From an uncultured Bacteriovoracaceae bacterium (lineage in GTDB: Bacteria; Bdellovibrionota; UBA1018): 64,000 nt of DNA. Within the stretch, counting starts at the first letter, position 1; every line of letters begins with the position of its first letter. Position numbers and translations under genes: made by a program. A model generated the notes under the pieces. The model worked only from the letters and a program-made list of their open reading frames with translations, did no database searches and was not told the origin of the DNA. The DNA lies in assembly GCA_964363305.1 (NCBI GenBank), contig CAYIHX010000015.1:1173-65172 (forward strand), given 5' to 3'. This document shows positions 44,367-52,688 of this stretch, piece by piece.

Positions 44367-45314
44367 GTTGTTGGGCAGCCACTTGAGTACTGTCTGAGGT
44401 TGCGAGCCAAAGACCAGGGGAAGGGCGTTCGGGTGGGAAGCTTTGCATACGAACAATGTGTTTCTGGCCTCGGCGATTTGCGATAGTGGCGTACTGTAGA
44501 TCTCGACCGAACATTCCCTAAGGAGGGGTTTGGGCGTAGGGATCTCGAGTCCCAGGGAGAGATCGCCCGAGGTCCAGGCAATGAGCTTTTTTTGACCGAG
44601 TGGGGAAAGAAGATAGTCCTGGTGAAAGTCGGGCGTGTTTGTCTGGTTCTGGTTGCCGGGTTCGGCACATTCTTCATAGAGAAACGCCCATCTCTGTATC
44701 GTCTCTCGACAGGCGGAGGCAATGGCCGCCTCTAGATCGAGGCCGGCGCCGAACCCATGAACGATAAATCGTGGGTCGCTATTCGGTCTGGGCACGATTG
44801 CTGCCATGCAGACTTCGGCATCAGAATGGGGGTCGGGGAGCGAGTAAAGCTGCATTCGATTTCCGACGCTGTCAGGTAGTTCGACGGGCCAAAACGGCAG
44901 GAGGTCCTTCGAAAGGGGTTTCGGCTTTCGCCCGGAGTACCAGTAGCGAAGAACTCTGTCTCTCTCAAGAAGCTCAAGGCACGCGCTGGCTTTTGCATTC
45001 GCGAGGTCAGGATGTGCGGCCCAACCATTCGAGCGTGAGATCGTGCAATTCGGGTCCTTAAGGGAATGGCTGGTTTTGCCTGAATGGATCAACTCCACGA
45101 TGGTCATTCGCTCGCAGAGCTCGGATCGGGCCTTTTCGAGAGCAATTTTTTCAATGAAGTCGAAACTGCTGCCTGTTACTTCGGTGGCGCTAGCGGTGTG
45201 GGTAGCCGCGAGTCCCACGAGATGTCCGGTGAGCCCCTCTTTTTGAAAGTGTTCAAAAAACGGATCAGTGAATTTCCATCTGGATTGCTGGCGTTGTGCT
45301 TCTATTTGGTGCAT
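44337..45314 (-). CDS. Compact YcaO-domain protein (325 aa)
   Basis: Two YcaO ATP-binding signature blocks: NGWAAHPDLANAKASACLELLERDRV and HGFGAGLDLEAAIASACRETIQRWAF. Compare E. coli YcaO GKGATKKAALASALGEYFERL and SAGNTRNEARVQGLSEVFERY. Last gene of a 3-gene minus-strand operon. Confidence 0.55.
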   Translation of the reverse strand: MHQIEAQRQQSRWKFTDPFFEHFQKEGLTGHLVGLAATHTASATEVTGSSFDFIEKIALEKARSELCERMTIVELIHSGKTSHSLKDPNCTISRSNGWAAHPDLANAKASACLELLERDRVLRYWYSGRKPKPLSKDLLPFWPVELPDSVGNRMQLYSLPDPHSDAEVCMAAIVPRPNSDPRFIVHGFGAGLDLEAAIASACRETIQRWAFLYEECAEPGNQNQTNTPDFHQDYLLSPLGQKKLIAWTSGDLSLGLEIPTPKPLLRECSVEIYSTPLSQIAEARNTLFVCKASHPNALPLVFGSQPQTVLKWLPNNSARWWHPIP

Positions 45315-45981
45315 ATGTTTTTTTGTTTTCGAAAATTTCTGACATGAGTTCGTTCGTGAACGTGGCGCAACGCTCTATCGAGCTGAAAATTTTATTCTGA
45401 ACATGTGGCTCGGCAGCCGTCTCGGCGAGCCAGGAGATCCAAGGGAGGATTTCATCGGCATGTTGACCGTCAATGTCCGCGTGCTTGGCGAGTACCGTCG
45501 ACCGGTCTCGAGCGATGCCTGTATTTTTTTCGACGAGCGCTAAAAATTTAGGACCAAGATACCCCGTAATATATTCGACTGAATAAATGTACGTGAGATA
45601 GCTGATCAGGTCGTTTCGGGCGACGTCATAGATCCAGAGCAAAAACGATTTCACCGCAGGAGAGTTTATGGTTTCAATTTGGAGATCGTTTCCACGATCA
45701 AGAGCAGCGAGGTCTGATCGTGCCCACTGATCATGCCCAGTTTCTTCGATTTTCTTTTGTTTGAGAAAATTTTCGAGAACATCAAGACCATCTCGCTTGG
45801 CTGTATTGATCGCGGCTGAAATATGCTCGGGCGAGTAAAGGATGAGATGTCCAACTGCGGCAATGTAGAGCGGAAAATTTTCCGCCGTGATCGAGGAAGA
45901 GGTACCATCGGCGAGCGCTGGGTGTGTTTTCCAGAGTTCGTCGCACTCATTTTTTGTTTTGACTTTGATGCTTTCGATCAT
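45265..45981 (-). CDS. Haem-oxygenase-like diiron oxidase/oxygenase (HDO; CADD/PqqC/TenA fold)
   Basis: AKHADIDGQHADE has the H-x3-D-x2-H ligand motif of CADD-type HDOs, plus upstream candidate Glu ligands (SVEYITGY). Strong SD (AAGGAGG) before ATG 45981. Confidence 0.5.
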   Translation of the reverse strand: MIESIKVKTKNECDELWKTHPALADGTSSSITAENFPLYIAAVGHLILYSPEHISAAINTAKRDGLDVLENFLKQKKIEETGHDQWARSDLAALDRGNDLQIETINSPAVKSFLLWIYDVARNDLISYLTYIYSVEYITGYLGPKFLALVEKNTGIARDRSTVLAKHADIDGQHADEILPWISWLAETAAEPHVQNKIFSSIERCATFTNELMSEIFENKKTYAPNRSTTPAIQMEIH

Positions 45982-45998
45982 AAATCCTCCTTCGAGGG

Positions 45999-46028
45999 CC
46001 GGGCCCGCATTTTTTAATGCGAACCCGG
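45999..46028 (-). promoter_or_regulatory. Strand-specific hairpin between the GNAT and HDO genes
   Basis: On the minus-strand transcript: CCGGGUUCGCAU-uaaaaa-AUGCGGGCCCGG gives a 12-bp stem with two G.U pairs. On the plus strand these become C.A mismatches. Lies between the GNAT stop and the HDO ribosome-binding site; no U-tract. Confidence 0.35.
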
Positions 46029-46070
46029 CGTAGGTAATTAATTAGAAACAGATGCGTGCAAATTTCTTCT

Positions 46071-46805
46071 TCATGATCGCTCTCCTTGGTGATGCGCGGT
46101 TAGCGCGGTTGGTGGGCAGTACCTGATCCGAAATGACTCGAGATGCTCTTGTTTGAGATGTGCTGTCATTCGGATCAGGCCTCCCAGCTTGTCAGAGAGG
46201 TAGTGTCCGGTTACGCGATAGCCGAAATGAGCATAGCGGGTCGGATTGGCTGGGTCGTCGGGGACCACGTCCAGATCTATTCTCTCAATGCTTGGTACGG
46301 AGCTGAGTTTTCTAGTGATGGTTTCAATGAGTTTTCCATAGATTCCAGAACCTCGAAACTGAGGTTGGAGGAAGACGTAACGAAGGTAGTAGGTAGTTGG
46401 GTCGGACGGGTTTGCTATCATAGCGCCGAAGAGCACGCGGTCGCCGTGCTCGTTTCGGCGATAGAATGCGAACGCGTCGCACACGTCCCCGTAAAAGATA
46501 GATCGGATGTGGAACAGCGGGTCCGTTTCTGGCGTTGTCAAAAAGTGGGCGACGTTCTCGTAATGTGTGTGTTCGACCCACTGTGATTGGTCTGCGCTGA
46601 AGATCGGGAGGCAGGTGCTCCAATCGACGCCCCAAAGGCGCGTTGACAGAGTGGGCAAAGCACAGGCTGTTACTCCCGTGGGCCCCAGAGTGTCAGCCCG
46701 TTCATGGTTTACGGCGGTATTCACGGCGACTCCTTCCTTCGAAATGAATTTTTTGATTGTTGTGGAAAAAAGGCGAGGAAAGATTTCTTTACTGCGACTC
46801 ATTGC
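46071..46805 (-). CDS. GNAT-family N-acyltransferase
   Basis: YVFLQPQFRGSGIYGKLIETITRKL is the GNAT motif A (Q/R-x-x-G-x-G/A). Start at MSRSKEIF (46805) is preferred; the ORF-track start 46886 is possible. Confidence 0.6.
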   Translation of the reverse strand, partial: AMSRSKEIFPRLFSTTIKKFISKEGVAVNTAVNHERADTLGPTGVTACALPTLSTRLWGVDWSTCLPIFSADQSQWVEHTHYENVAHFLTTPETDPLFHIRSIFYGDVCDAFAFYRRNEHGDRVLFGAMIANPSDPTTYYLRYVFLQPQFRGSGIYGKLIETITRKLSSVPSIERIDLDVVPDDPANPTRYAHFGYRVTGHYLSDKLGGLIRMTAHLKQEHLESFRIRYCPPTALTAHHQGERS

Positions 46806-46930
46806 GTCATCCTGGTGTTTCGCGGACTGAGAAATGTGTCGTGCATTATGCGATGCGTCAGATTGATGCAGCGAAGAATGCTGCATCGAATTAAGGCACT
46901 CACCGGTGCAACGGCTGAAACGGGAGGCTT

Positions 46931-47542
46931 ATGAATTTATTCGGTCAATGGATGGGGCTAAGTATTGTTTTTGGATTGCTGGTTTTCCAAGGGTCCGCAT
47001 TCGCGGATGAGATGAGGGTTGAAACTCGAGTGGTGGGCGAAAAGGATCATTGGAATGGCGCCAATATGCCCGAGAATTTAAATCGGGACTATGAGCGGAA
47101 TTTTTCGCGTCTGCCTCTGAAGGCCCGGCTATCTGACGACAAGACACCCTGGTCCGACAGCTATTGGCCGAGCCGCCGTGCGAGTATAGCGAACCGTTGG
47201 CAGACAGATGAGGGATATAGCCGCTATCGGCTCGCTTCTCTCGCGCAGCTTCGCGGTATGGATCGTGGGCAGATCGCCCGCATGTCCCCAGCGGAAAAGT
47301 ACGACATTGCAGTCGGAGATTATAACTACCGGGTGACACACATGGCTTGGGGGAGCAGCTCCCCCCGCGCCAGTGACTGGGCTGGCATCTGTAACGGCTG
47401 GTCTCAGGGGGCGCTGACCTACGACGAGCCTCGGCCGACGGATTTTGTGAATCCAGACGGTATTGTGGTTCCGTTTGCATCGAGCGACGTGAAGGGATTG
47501 ATCAGCTTTTTTACGCGCTGGGGGATAGCGACGCGGAGGTGA
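46931..47542 (+). CDS. Hypothetical secreted protein (203 aa) with AGICNGW cysteine motif
   Basis: Signal peptide MNLFGQWMGLSIVFGLLVFQGSAFA. GGGAGG ribosome-binding site. Divergent from the YcaO operon. Confidence 0.45.
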   Translation: MNLFGQWMGLSIVFGLLVFQGSAFADEMRVETRVVGEKDHWNGANMPENLNRDYERNFSRLPLKARLSDDKTPWSDSYWPSRRASIANRWQTDEGYSRYRLASLAQLRGMDRGQIARMSPAEKYDIAVGDYNYRVTHMAWGSSSPRASDWAGICNGWSQGALTYDEPRPTDFVNPDGIVVPFASSDVKGLISFFTRWGIATRR

Positions 47543-48057
47543 GTCAGATGGGTTCGCGTTGCAGTGGGCTCGGGAGCGTGTTCGGAAGTGCGGGTTGCAG
47601 CGACATTCATCCGGGGGCCTTTCACCTTGCGCTTACCAACCAAATTGGCCTTATGAACCAGGGATTTGTCGCGGATGTCGACTCGGGCTCTGAAGTCTGG
47701 AATCAGCCCGTATTCGGATATGAGTCGAGGATCTTGCAAGAGTCTTCTAGTCGAAGAGGAGCAGCGCGTGGAACGGTTCGGGAAGTGATGGTGGAGACTC
47801 GAATGTTGTTTGCGCTCGAGAGTCCGCAACAGTGGGAGCCGGTACTTGGAACCGATAAATTCGGCCAGGACTCGAAAGTCTACACCTACTGGCTCGAGCT
47901 CTCGTCGACAGGTGAGGTACTGGGCGGAAGCTGGGTCACGTCGAGTCGTCCTGATTTTATTTGGACCACGACGAAATCAGAATTCAGGGGGGCTTTCGAG
48001 GGTCTGAGGCAAATCTATCGCCCACTGGGTAGGCAGCCTGGAGTCCCGTTTCCTTAG
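47539..48057 (+). CDS. Hypothetical protein (172 aa), translationally coupled to 46931-47542 (GTGA overlap); may be the C-terminal half of one disrupted gene
   Basis: GTG start overlaps the upstream stop. No domain recognised. Confidence 0.35.
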   Translation: MSQMGSRCSGLGSVFGSAGCSDIHPGAFHLALTNQIGLMNQGFVADVDSGSEVWNQPVFGYESRILQESSSRRGAARGTVREVMVETRMLFALESPQQWEPVLGTDKFGQDSKVYTYWLELSSTGEVLGGSWVTSSRPDFIWTTTKSEFRGAFEGLRQIYRPLGRQPGVPFP

Positions 48058-48464
48058 ATCCTCTGCTCTCGAGGGTTGGACCTCGAGATGACTAGGATTT
48101 CTAACGTTCGAACTGTAATAGATACGGCCTTCTCCCATTGAGTTGAGAGGAGGTCGTCTTGCATTCCTTCGCTGATGGTTTTCCAGTCGCTGGGGCGGAT
48201 CCACGCATCCCATGCGATATCGGCCACAATGGAAAATTTGTGGGTCCTTTTGTTGAGGTAGATCAACAGTCCTGCACGATTCCCTATTTTATCGAGGCCG
48301 TGCCGATAAAACCAGCGGAGAGCTTCCCTTCTGGAATCGCGAACCCCTGGTTTGACGGAGCTGTGCACGTGAATTTCTAGCCCTGCTCGAGTTTTCGCTT
48401 CGGCCAGGGCTTCGATAAGGGGCGAGATGGGTTGTTTACCAGCTTCCATCGATTCCTCCAGCAT
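48054..48464 (-). CDS. TPM-domain protein
   Basis: EALRWFYRHGLDKIGNRAGLLIYLNKRTHKFSIVADIAWDA matches the TPM (TLP18.3/Psb32/MOLO-1) core. Start trimmed to an internal Met. Confidence 0.5.
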   Translation of the reverse strand: MLEESMEAGKQPISPLIEALAEAKTRAGLEIHVHSSVKPGVRDSRREALRWFYRHGLDKIGNRAGLLIYLNKRTHKFSIVADIAWDAWIRPSDWKTISEGMQDDLLSTQWEKAVSITVRTLEILVISRSNPREQRI

Positions 48465-49125
48465 CTGCCCCGGCTTTGCCGAGTCGTCCATAGGTAGCCA
48501 CTTTGATCCAGCCGATGGGCGTATAGTAGGCATCTCTTCTGCTCAATAGGTAGATGATCAGAGTTAATAGGGCTGTTATTCCGATCATCAGAAATACGAA
48601 GAGGGCGGGCGAGCTGAGGGTATTGCTTGGGGTTACGGAGGGGGGGGTGGGCGTTATTTTAATACGAGCAGATTTGAATTCCTGCGACTCGGCGACCGGG
48701 CTGGCCTCGTTTTCTAGTCGGTCCAGGAGCGTTTTTGCGATGAAGGTCGCATCTCCCTCCCCTGTGAACGTCAGCGCATCGGTCAACGGGGTGTCGGTCG
48801 CCGCCCATGCAAGACGCTTTCTCGACAGATCGATGACGAGAAGCTGACCGTGGGGGGCGCCGGCAGCCCCGATTCTCCACCAGCGGCTGAGGCTTGCGGC
48901 GAATGCACTGATGTCTTTATGTGGAATTTGCTGGAAGACGCCGACCAGGGTTTCTTCGCCCGTCTCGCTTTCATGGGCGATCAGGAGGGGGCCAATATCG
49001 CGGGCTAGCAGCTTGGGAGTTTCTCCCTGGCTATACCAAAACGCCGAGACGGGACGGTCGGGAAGAGTGGCAGAGGAGGACGCTGCCGCAAGGGCGATGC
49101 TCGTGAAAAGCGCGAAGACGTTCAT
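48436..49125 (-). CDS. TPM-domain membrane protein (signal, TPM, Pro-rich linker, TM)
   Basis: Start at MNVFALFTSIALAAASS (49125); TPM-like core; TM helix ALFVFLMIGITALLTLIIYLL. Confidence 0.5.
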   Translation of the reverse strand: MNVFALFTSIALAAASSSATLPDRPVSAFWYSQGETPKLLARDIGPLLIAHESETGEETLVGVFQQIPHKDISAFAASLSRWWRIGAAGAPHGQLLVIDLSRKRLAWAATDTPLTDALTFTGEGDATFIAKTLLDRLENEASPVAESQEFKSARIKITPTPPSVTPSNTLSSPALFVFLMIGITALLTLIIYLLSRRDAYYTPIGWIKVATYGRLGKAGADAGGIDGSW

Positions 49126-49150
49126 CTTGCCTTCAGTGTAGACTGAAATC

Positions 49151-49729
49151 ATGAAGGCAGCCACCCGCTGGAAGGAATCGTTTTTGAGTCTGCAGTTGAC
49201 CTGGGGAGCGCGATTTGAGCGCTTGCTGACCGGGGCGGTCAATCGCCTGAATATTCGAGGAGCTAAATTCGTCCAGCCGTCTTTTCAGCTGAAGATGATC
49301 GGATTCACTTTCTGTGTCTCGTTGATAACGCTAGTGCTCTCGTTTTTGGGTTTGAGGTATGGATTTTTTCGGACATACGAAATTCTCGGATCCGAGGGAT
49401 TTATGCCCTCTCATCCGGTCTATCGTTTCATTGCCGGCCAAGAATTGCTGATGTCTTCGATTTTTTTCTCGGTGCTCATGATCAGTTCGCTCCTGAGTTT
49501 CGTGGGCGGGTTGGTCTATTCACATAAAATTGTTGGTCCCATCTATCGAATGCGAAAACACCTTCTGGCGGCCGCGGGAGGTCGAGCCCCCTCGCCGCTT
49601 CGATTTCGTCAGGGGGACTTTTTTCAGGAACTAGCGGATGCATATAATGAGGAGCTTTATTCTCGGGGACGGTTGCGTCGGCCGGGTTCGCAGGTGGAGA
49701 GAGATTATCGCGAGGGTTTGAAGGAGTGA
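49151..49729 (+). CDS. Hypothetical membrane protein
   Basis: Two or more TM helices; no domain recognised. Confidence 0.35.
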   Translation: MKAATRWKESFLSLQLTWGARFERLLTGAVNRLNIRGAKFVQPSFQLKMIGFTFCVSLITLVLSFLGLRYGFFRTYEILGSEGFMPSHPVYRFIAGQELLMSSIFFSVLMISSLLSFVGGLVYSHKIVGPIYRMRKHLLAAAGGRAPSPLRFRQGDFFQELADAYNEELYSRGRLRRPGSQVERDYREGLKE

Positions 49730-49747
49730 ATCTTCGAGGTACGGTCC

Positions 49748-51487
49748 GTGTTCATGATCGCTCTCATTATTCTGGGGCTCTGGACTTCGGCAGTTCAAGC
49801 GGACGAGGCTGAGTTTTGGGCCCCGCCGATCGATGTGATTGGATTTCCTTCAAGCGCCGAGGAGGCGGACTCTCGCAAGCCGGTTGGCGAGGGAGAAGTG
49901 ACCAGTCAGTCGGCCTCAGGCGGCATCCAAAGGGATCTCTTTCGATCGCTCCCGGTGTCGATTCAGGATGGTTCCCGCCCAGGTGCGGCATCTTCTCTGA
50001 TCGGCTTGGGTCGCTCGGCCGAAGAAACGGAGATTGAGGCTCTCGGTGTCCCATTAAATTCAGTGCAGGGTGGAGGATTTGACCTCTCTCTTTTTCCTCA
50101 GTTTCTCTGGAGTGGGTTTTCATTTTATCTGGGGCCGTCTGCCGGGGGGCTCGACCCCAAAGCATCGTCTGGGGTTCTTCGGTTACGTACGCGAACGGAA
50201 GAGCTATTGACTCGCTCCGGCGACAACTGGGGCGGTCAGGTGCTTTATTCGTCGGCTCATCTCGTCCAAATAGCGGCGCATTTTGCGAAGAAGGGTGAAA
50301 TCGCTATCGTCGCGGGCGGAAATTTTGGGTCTTCGCGTGGGCCGGCGGTAGGGCTGAGTGGTCGCTGGGCATCGGGCAGGATTCGGGGGAGCTACCACTT
50401 ACTGGCGGCGCACGTGGAGAGTGACATATTCGGATCGCAAAGCCTCCCGACTCCTGGAGCGTCGCAGCGCTCCTCCCGCCTGATTCCGGTCACGCAGGTG
50501 GTTGTTCCCTTCGTGGGCGGAAGTTATCAAAGCAGCTTTTTTTATGATTGGAGCCGTCTCGACTATTTAAATCCTGATCCGCCGTCCTTTCGGTACACGA
50601 GCCGTTCATTTCAGTTTGGCCTCGACCAAGTGCTTCGGTTACGTCTCTGGAGGTTGGCGTTAAATCTGAGGCAGGTCGGATTTGACCAAGATACCTATGT
50701 CGCCCCGGCGGAGAGTACTCTCCAGGCTCAAGTGGGCTATGTTTTTCAGCTGGGATCCAGTTCGACTCTCGAGCCCGCCGTCCGTCTTACGGCTCTTTCT
50801 CGGTACGGGGCAAGGCCTGGATTTTCGGTGGCTGCGACCCAAGAGGGGGCCGGGCTGGAGTGGAGTGAGCGGATCTCATGGCTTCCTAGGTTTCCTTCTC
50901 TTTTGAATCGCTATTATGTGGGTCCGTTCTTTGAGGGAAATCCAGGGCTGCAGCCGGAAGAGGTTACTACGGTGCAGGGAGGGGTAGCTCTGCATCGGGT
51001 TCATGGTTTTCGTGCGGCCTTGGATACCATGGCGCAGTACCGGCAGAATGCCTTGGTGGCGACAGGCGTGGTTCGGCCCTACAACTCGGGCTGGGCCGCA
51101 TCCCTGGGGGTGCTGCCGAGTCTGAGTTGGAATGCCGGAGGTTTCAGCGCTGAGGAGCAGGTGGGCTGGGCAGTGAGCCGCGTCTCGGCCTCGGGCCGGG
51201 GATTTCCCTTGGTGCCTGCGTTGACCTCGACGACGGCTCTCCGATTTGCATGGAGTGGGCTTCGCACTGCGATTCAGTGCCGCGCAGCAACACAAATGGA
51301 GGGAGCGGGCGGAGAGCGGGTATCTGGGTATGGAGTTTTTGATGTTTCGCTGGGGTGGGTGTGGAACTCAGATGTTGAGTTCTTTGCTCGGATTGATGAC
51401 GTTCTGGACCGCAAGCCATCATTTTTTCCAGATTTTCCGACGGTAGGACGAGTCATTTCTCTAGCCTTTCGGGCCTCCTTTGAATAG
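49748..51487 (+). CDS. TonB-dependent receptor-like outer-membrane protein (plug plus beta-barrel), short form
   Basis: Signal peptide; plug-like region (GEVTSQSASGGIQRDLFRSLPVSIQDG...GVPLNSVQGGGFDLSLFPQFLW); long beta-strand-rich C-terminus. Confidence 0.55.
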   Translation: MFMIALIILGLWTSAVQADEAEFWAPPIDVIGFPSSAEEADSRKPVGEGEVTSQSASGGIQRDLFRSLPVSIQDGSRPGAASSLIGLGRSAEETEIEALGVPLNSVQGGGFDLSLFPQFLWSGFSFYLGPSAGGLDPKASSGVLRLRTRTEELLTRSGDNWGGQVLYSSAHLVQIAAHFAKKGEIAIVAGGNFGSSRGPAVGLSGRWASGRIRGSYHLLAAHVESDIFGSQSLPTPGASQRSSRLIPVTQVVVPFVGGSYQSSFFYDWSRLDYLNPDPPSFRYTSRSFQFGLDQVLRLRLWRLALNLRQVGFDQDTYVAPAESTLQAQVGYVFQLGSSSTLEPAVRLTALSRYGARPGFSVAATQEGAGLEWSERISWLPRFPSLLNRYYVGPFFEGNPGLQPEEVTTVQGGVALHRVHGFRAALDTMAQYRQNALVATGVVRPYNSGWAASLGVLPSLSWNAGGFSAEEQVGWAVSRVSASGRGFPLVPALTSTTALRFAWSGLRTAIQCRAATQMEGAGGERVSGYGVFDVSLGWVWNSDVEFFARIDDVLDRKPSFFPDFPTVGRVISLAFRASFE

Positions 51488-51708
51488 AAGGTCATGAAAC
51501 TACGCACACTTCGATCACGTGGTGCTGAACGATGGACCCGACAGGGTTCTTGGTTTGGTTTTCGGAGTGGAGGGAAGACGCCTTTGTGAATCAGGTTTCG
51601 GTGTTCGGGACCGGGTGTTCTTCAGTAACCGCGGTGAGCACATTCTGAAATCCGGCGTTCGCCGGCAGTCTTGCCCCCGCATTCGCAACGAATAAGGAAA
51701 AACAAAAC

Positions 51709-52656
51709 ATGCCTCAGGTCACAATGCGTGAACTGCTCGAAGCCGGTGTTCATTTCGGTCATCAGACTCGCCGGTGGAATCCCAGAATGAAGCCCTATGT
51801 TTTCGGTGCCCGTAACGGCATCTATATTATCGACCTTCAGAAGACGGTCGATCAGACCCGCGCCGCTTGTGATTTCGCCACCAAGGTGACTGCTGAAGGC
51901 AAGAAGCTGCTTTTCGTCGGAACGAAGAAGCAGGCAAAGGATGTTGTCGAAGAAGAAGCGCGTCGTGCTGGTCAGTATTTTGTGACCAATCGTTGGCTCG
52001 GCGGCATGTTGACCAATTACCAGACCGTGAAGAGCTCGATTGATCGGTTGAAAAAAATTGAAGCCCTCAAGGGATCATCGGAATGGACGGACGTCCCCAA
52101 GAAGGAGCAGTCCCGTTACGACCGAGAGTATGAAAAGCTCAAGCGGTCGCTCGGTGGGATTGAGGATATGAAGAAACTTCCCGGCGCGATCTTTGTGATC
52201 GATACCGAGAAGGAGCATATTGCAGTGAAGGAAGCGAAGAAGTTGGGTATCCCGACGATCGCGGTCGTGGATACGAATTGCGATCCTGCGAATATCACCC
52301 ATGTTATTCCGGGCAATGATGATGCGATCCGCAGCGTGCGGTTGTTTGCTCGCCTGATTGCGGACAGTTGCATGGAAGGTCAGCAGATTTTCCAAGAAAA
52401 GCTCCGTGCTCAGGATTCCGCCGGGGACAAACGCGAAGGTGATGTTGAGGAGAAGAAAGTTTCTCGCTTCGAAGGTGATATTGATCTTCAGGGTGTTGAT
52501 GAGGCTGATCTCGAGGCTGCAGAAGCCGAGGAAGACCCGGCTGCAGTGGCGACCGAAACTCCAGTGGTGGCGGCTGAAGCAGTGGCTGCGGTGGCTAAGG
52601 TTGCAGGCACAAAGGCTGCGGGAGCTAAGTTGGCGGCGACGAAGGCAGCCAAGTAA
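51709..52656 (+). CDS. rpsB: 30S ribosomal protein S2 with Ala/Lys/Glu-rich C-terminal extension
   Basis: [27 protein letters not shown]...; 315 aa, compared with ~240 aa for typical S2. Confidence 0.95.
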   Translation: MPQVTMRELLEAGVHFGHQTRRWNPRMKPYVFGARNGIYIIDLQKTVDQTRAACDFATKVTAEGKKLLFVGTKKQAKDVVEEEARRAGQYFVTNRWLGGMLTNYQTVKSSIDRLKKIEALKGSSEWTDVPKKEQSRYDREYEKLKRSLGGIEDMKKLPGAIFVIDTEKEHIAVKEAKKLGIPTIAVVDTNCDPANITHVIPGNDDAIRSVRLFARLIADSCMEGQQIFQEKLRAQDSAGDKREGDVEEKKVSRFEGDIDLQGVDEADLEAAEAEEDPAAVATETPVVAAEAVAAVAKVAGTKAAGAKLAATKAAK

Positions 52657-52688
52657 TTCATCGGTCGAGTTTCCGAGAGGAATAGAAC

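Noticed and set aside
41449-51487. Integrase, IS or direct-repeat boundaries for the tRNA-proximal accessory segment
   Set aside because: No tyrosine-recombinase or transposase-like ORF and no obvious duplicate of the tRNA 3' end; the island call remains inference only.
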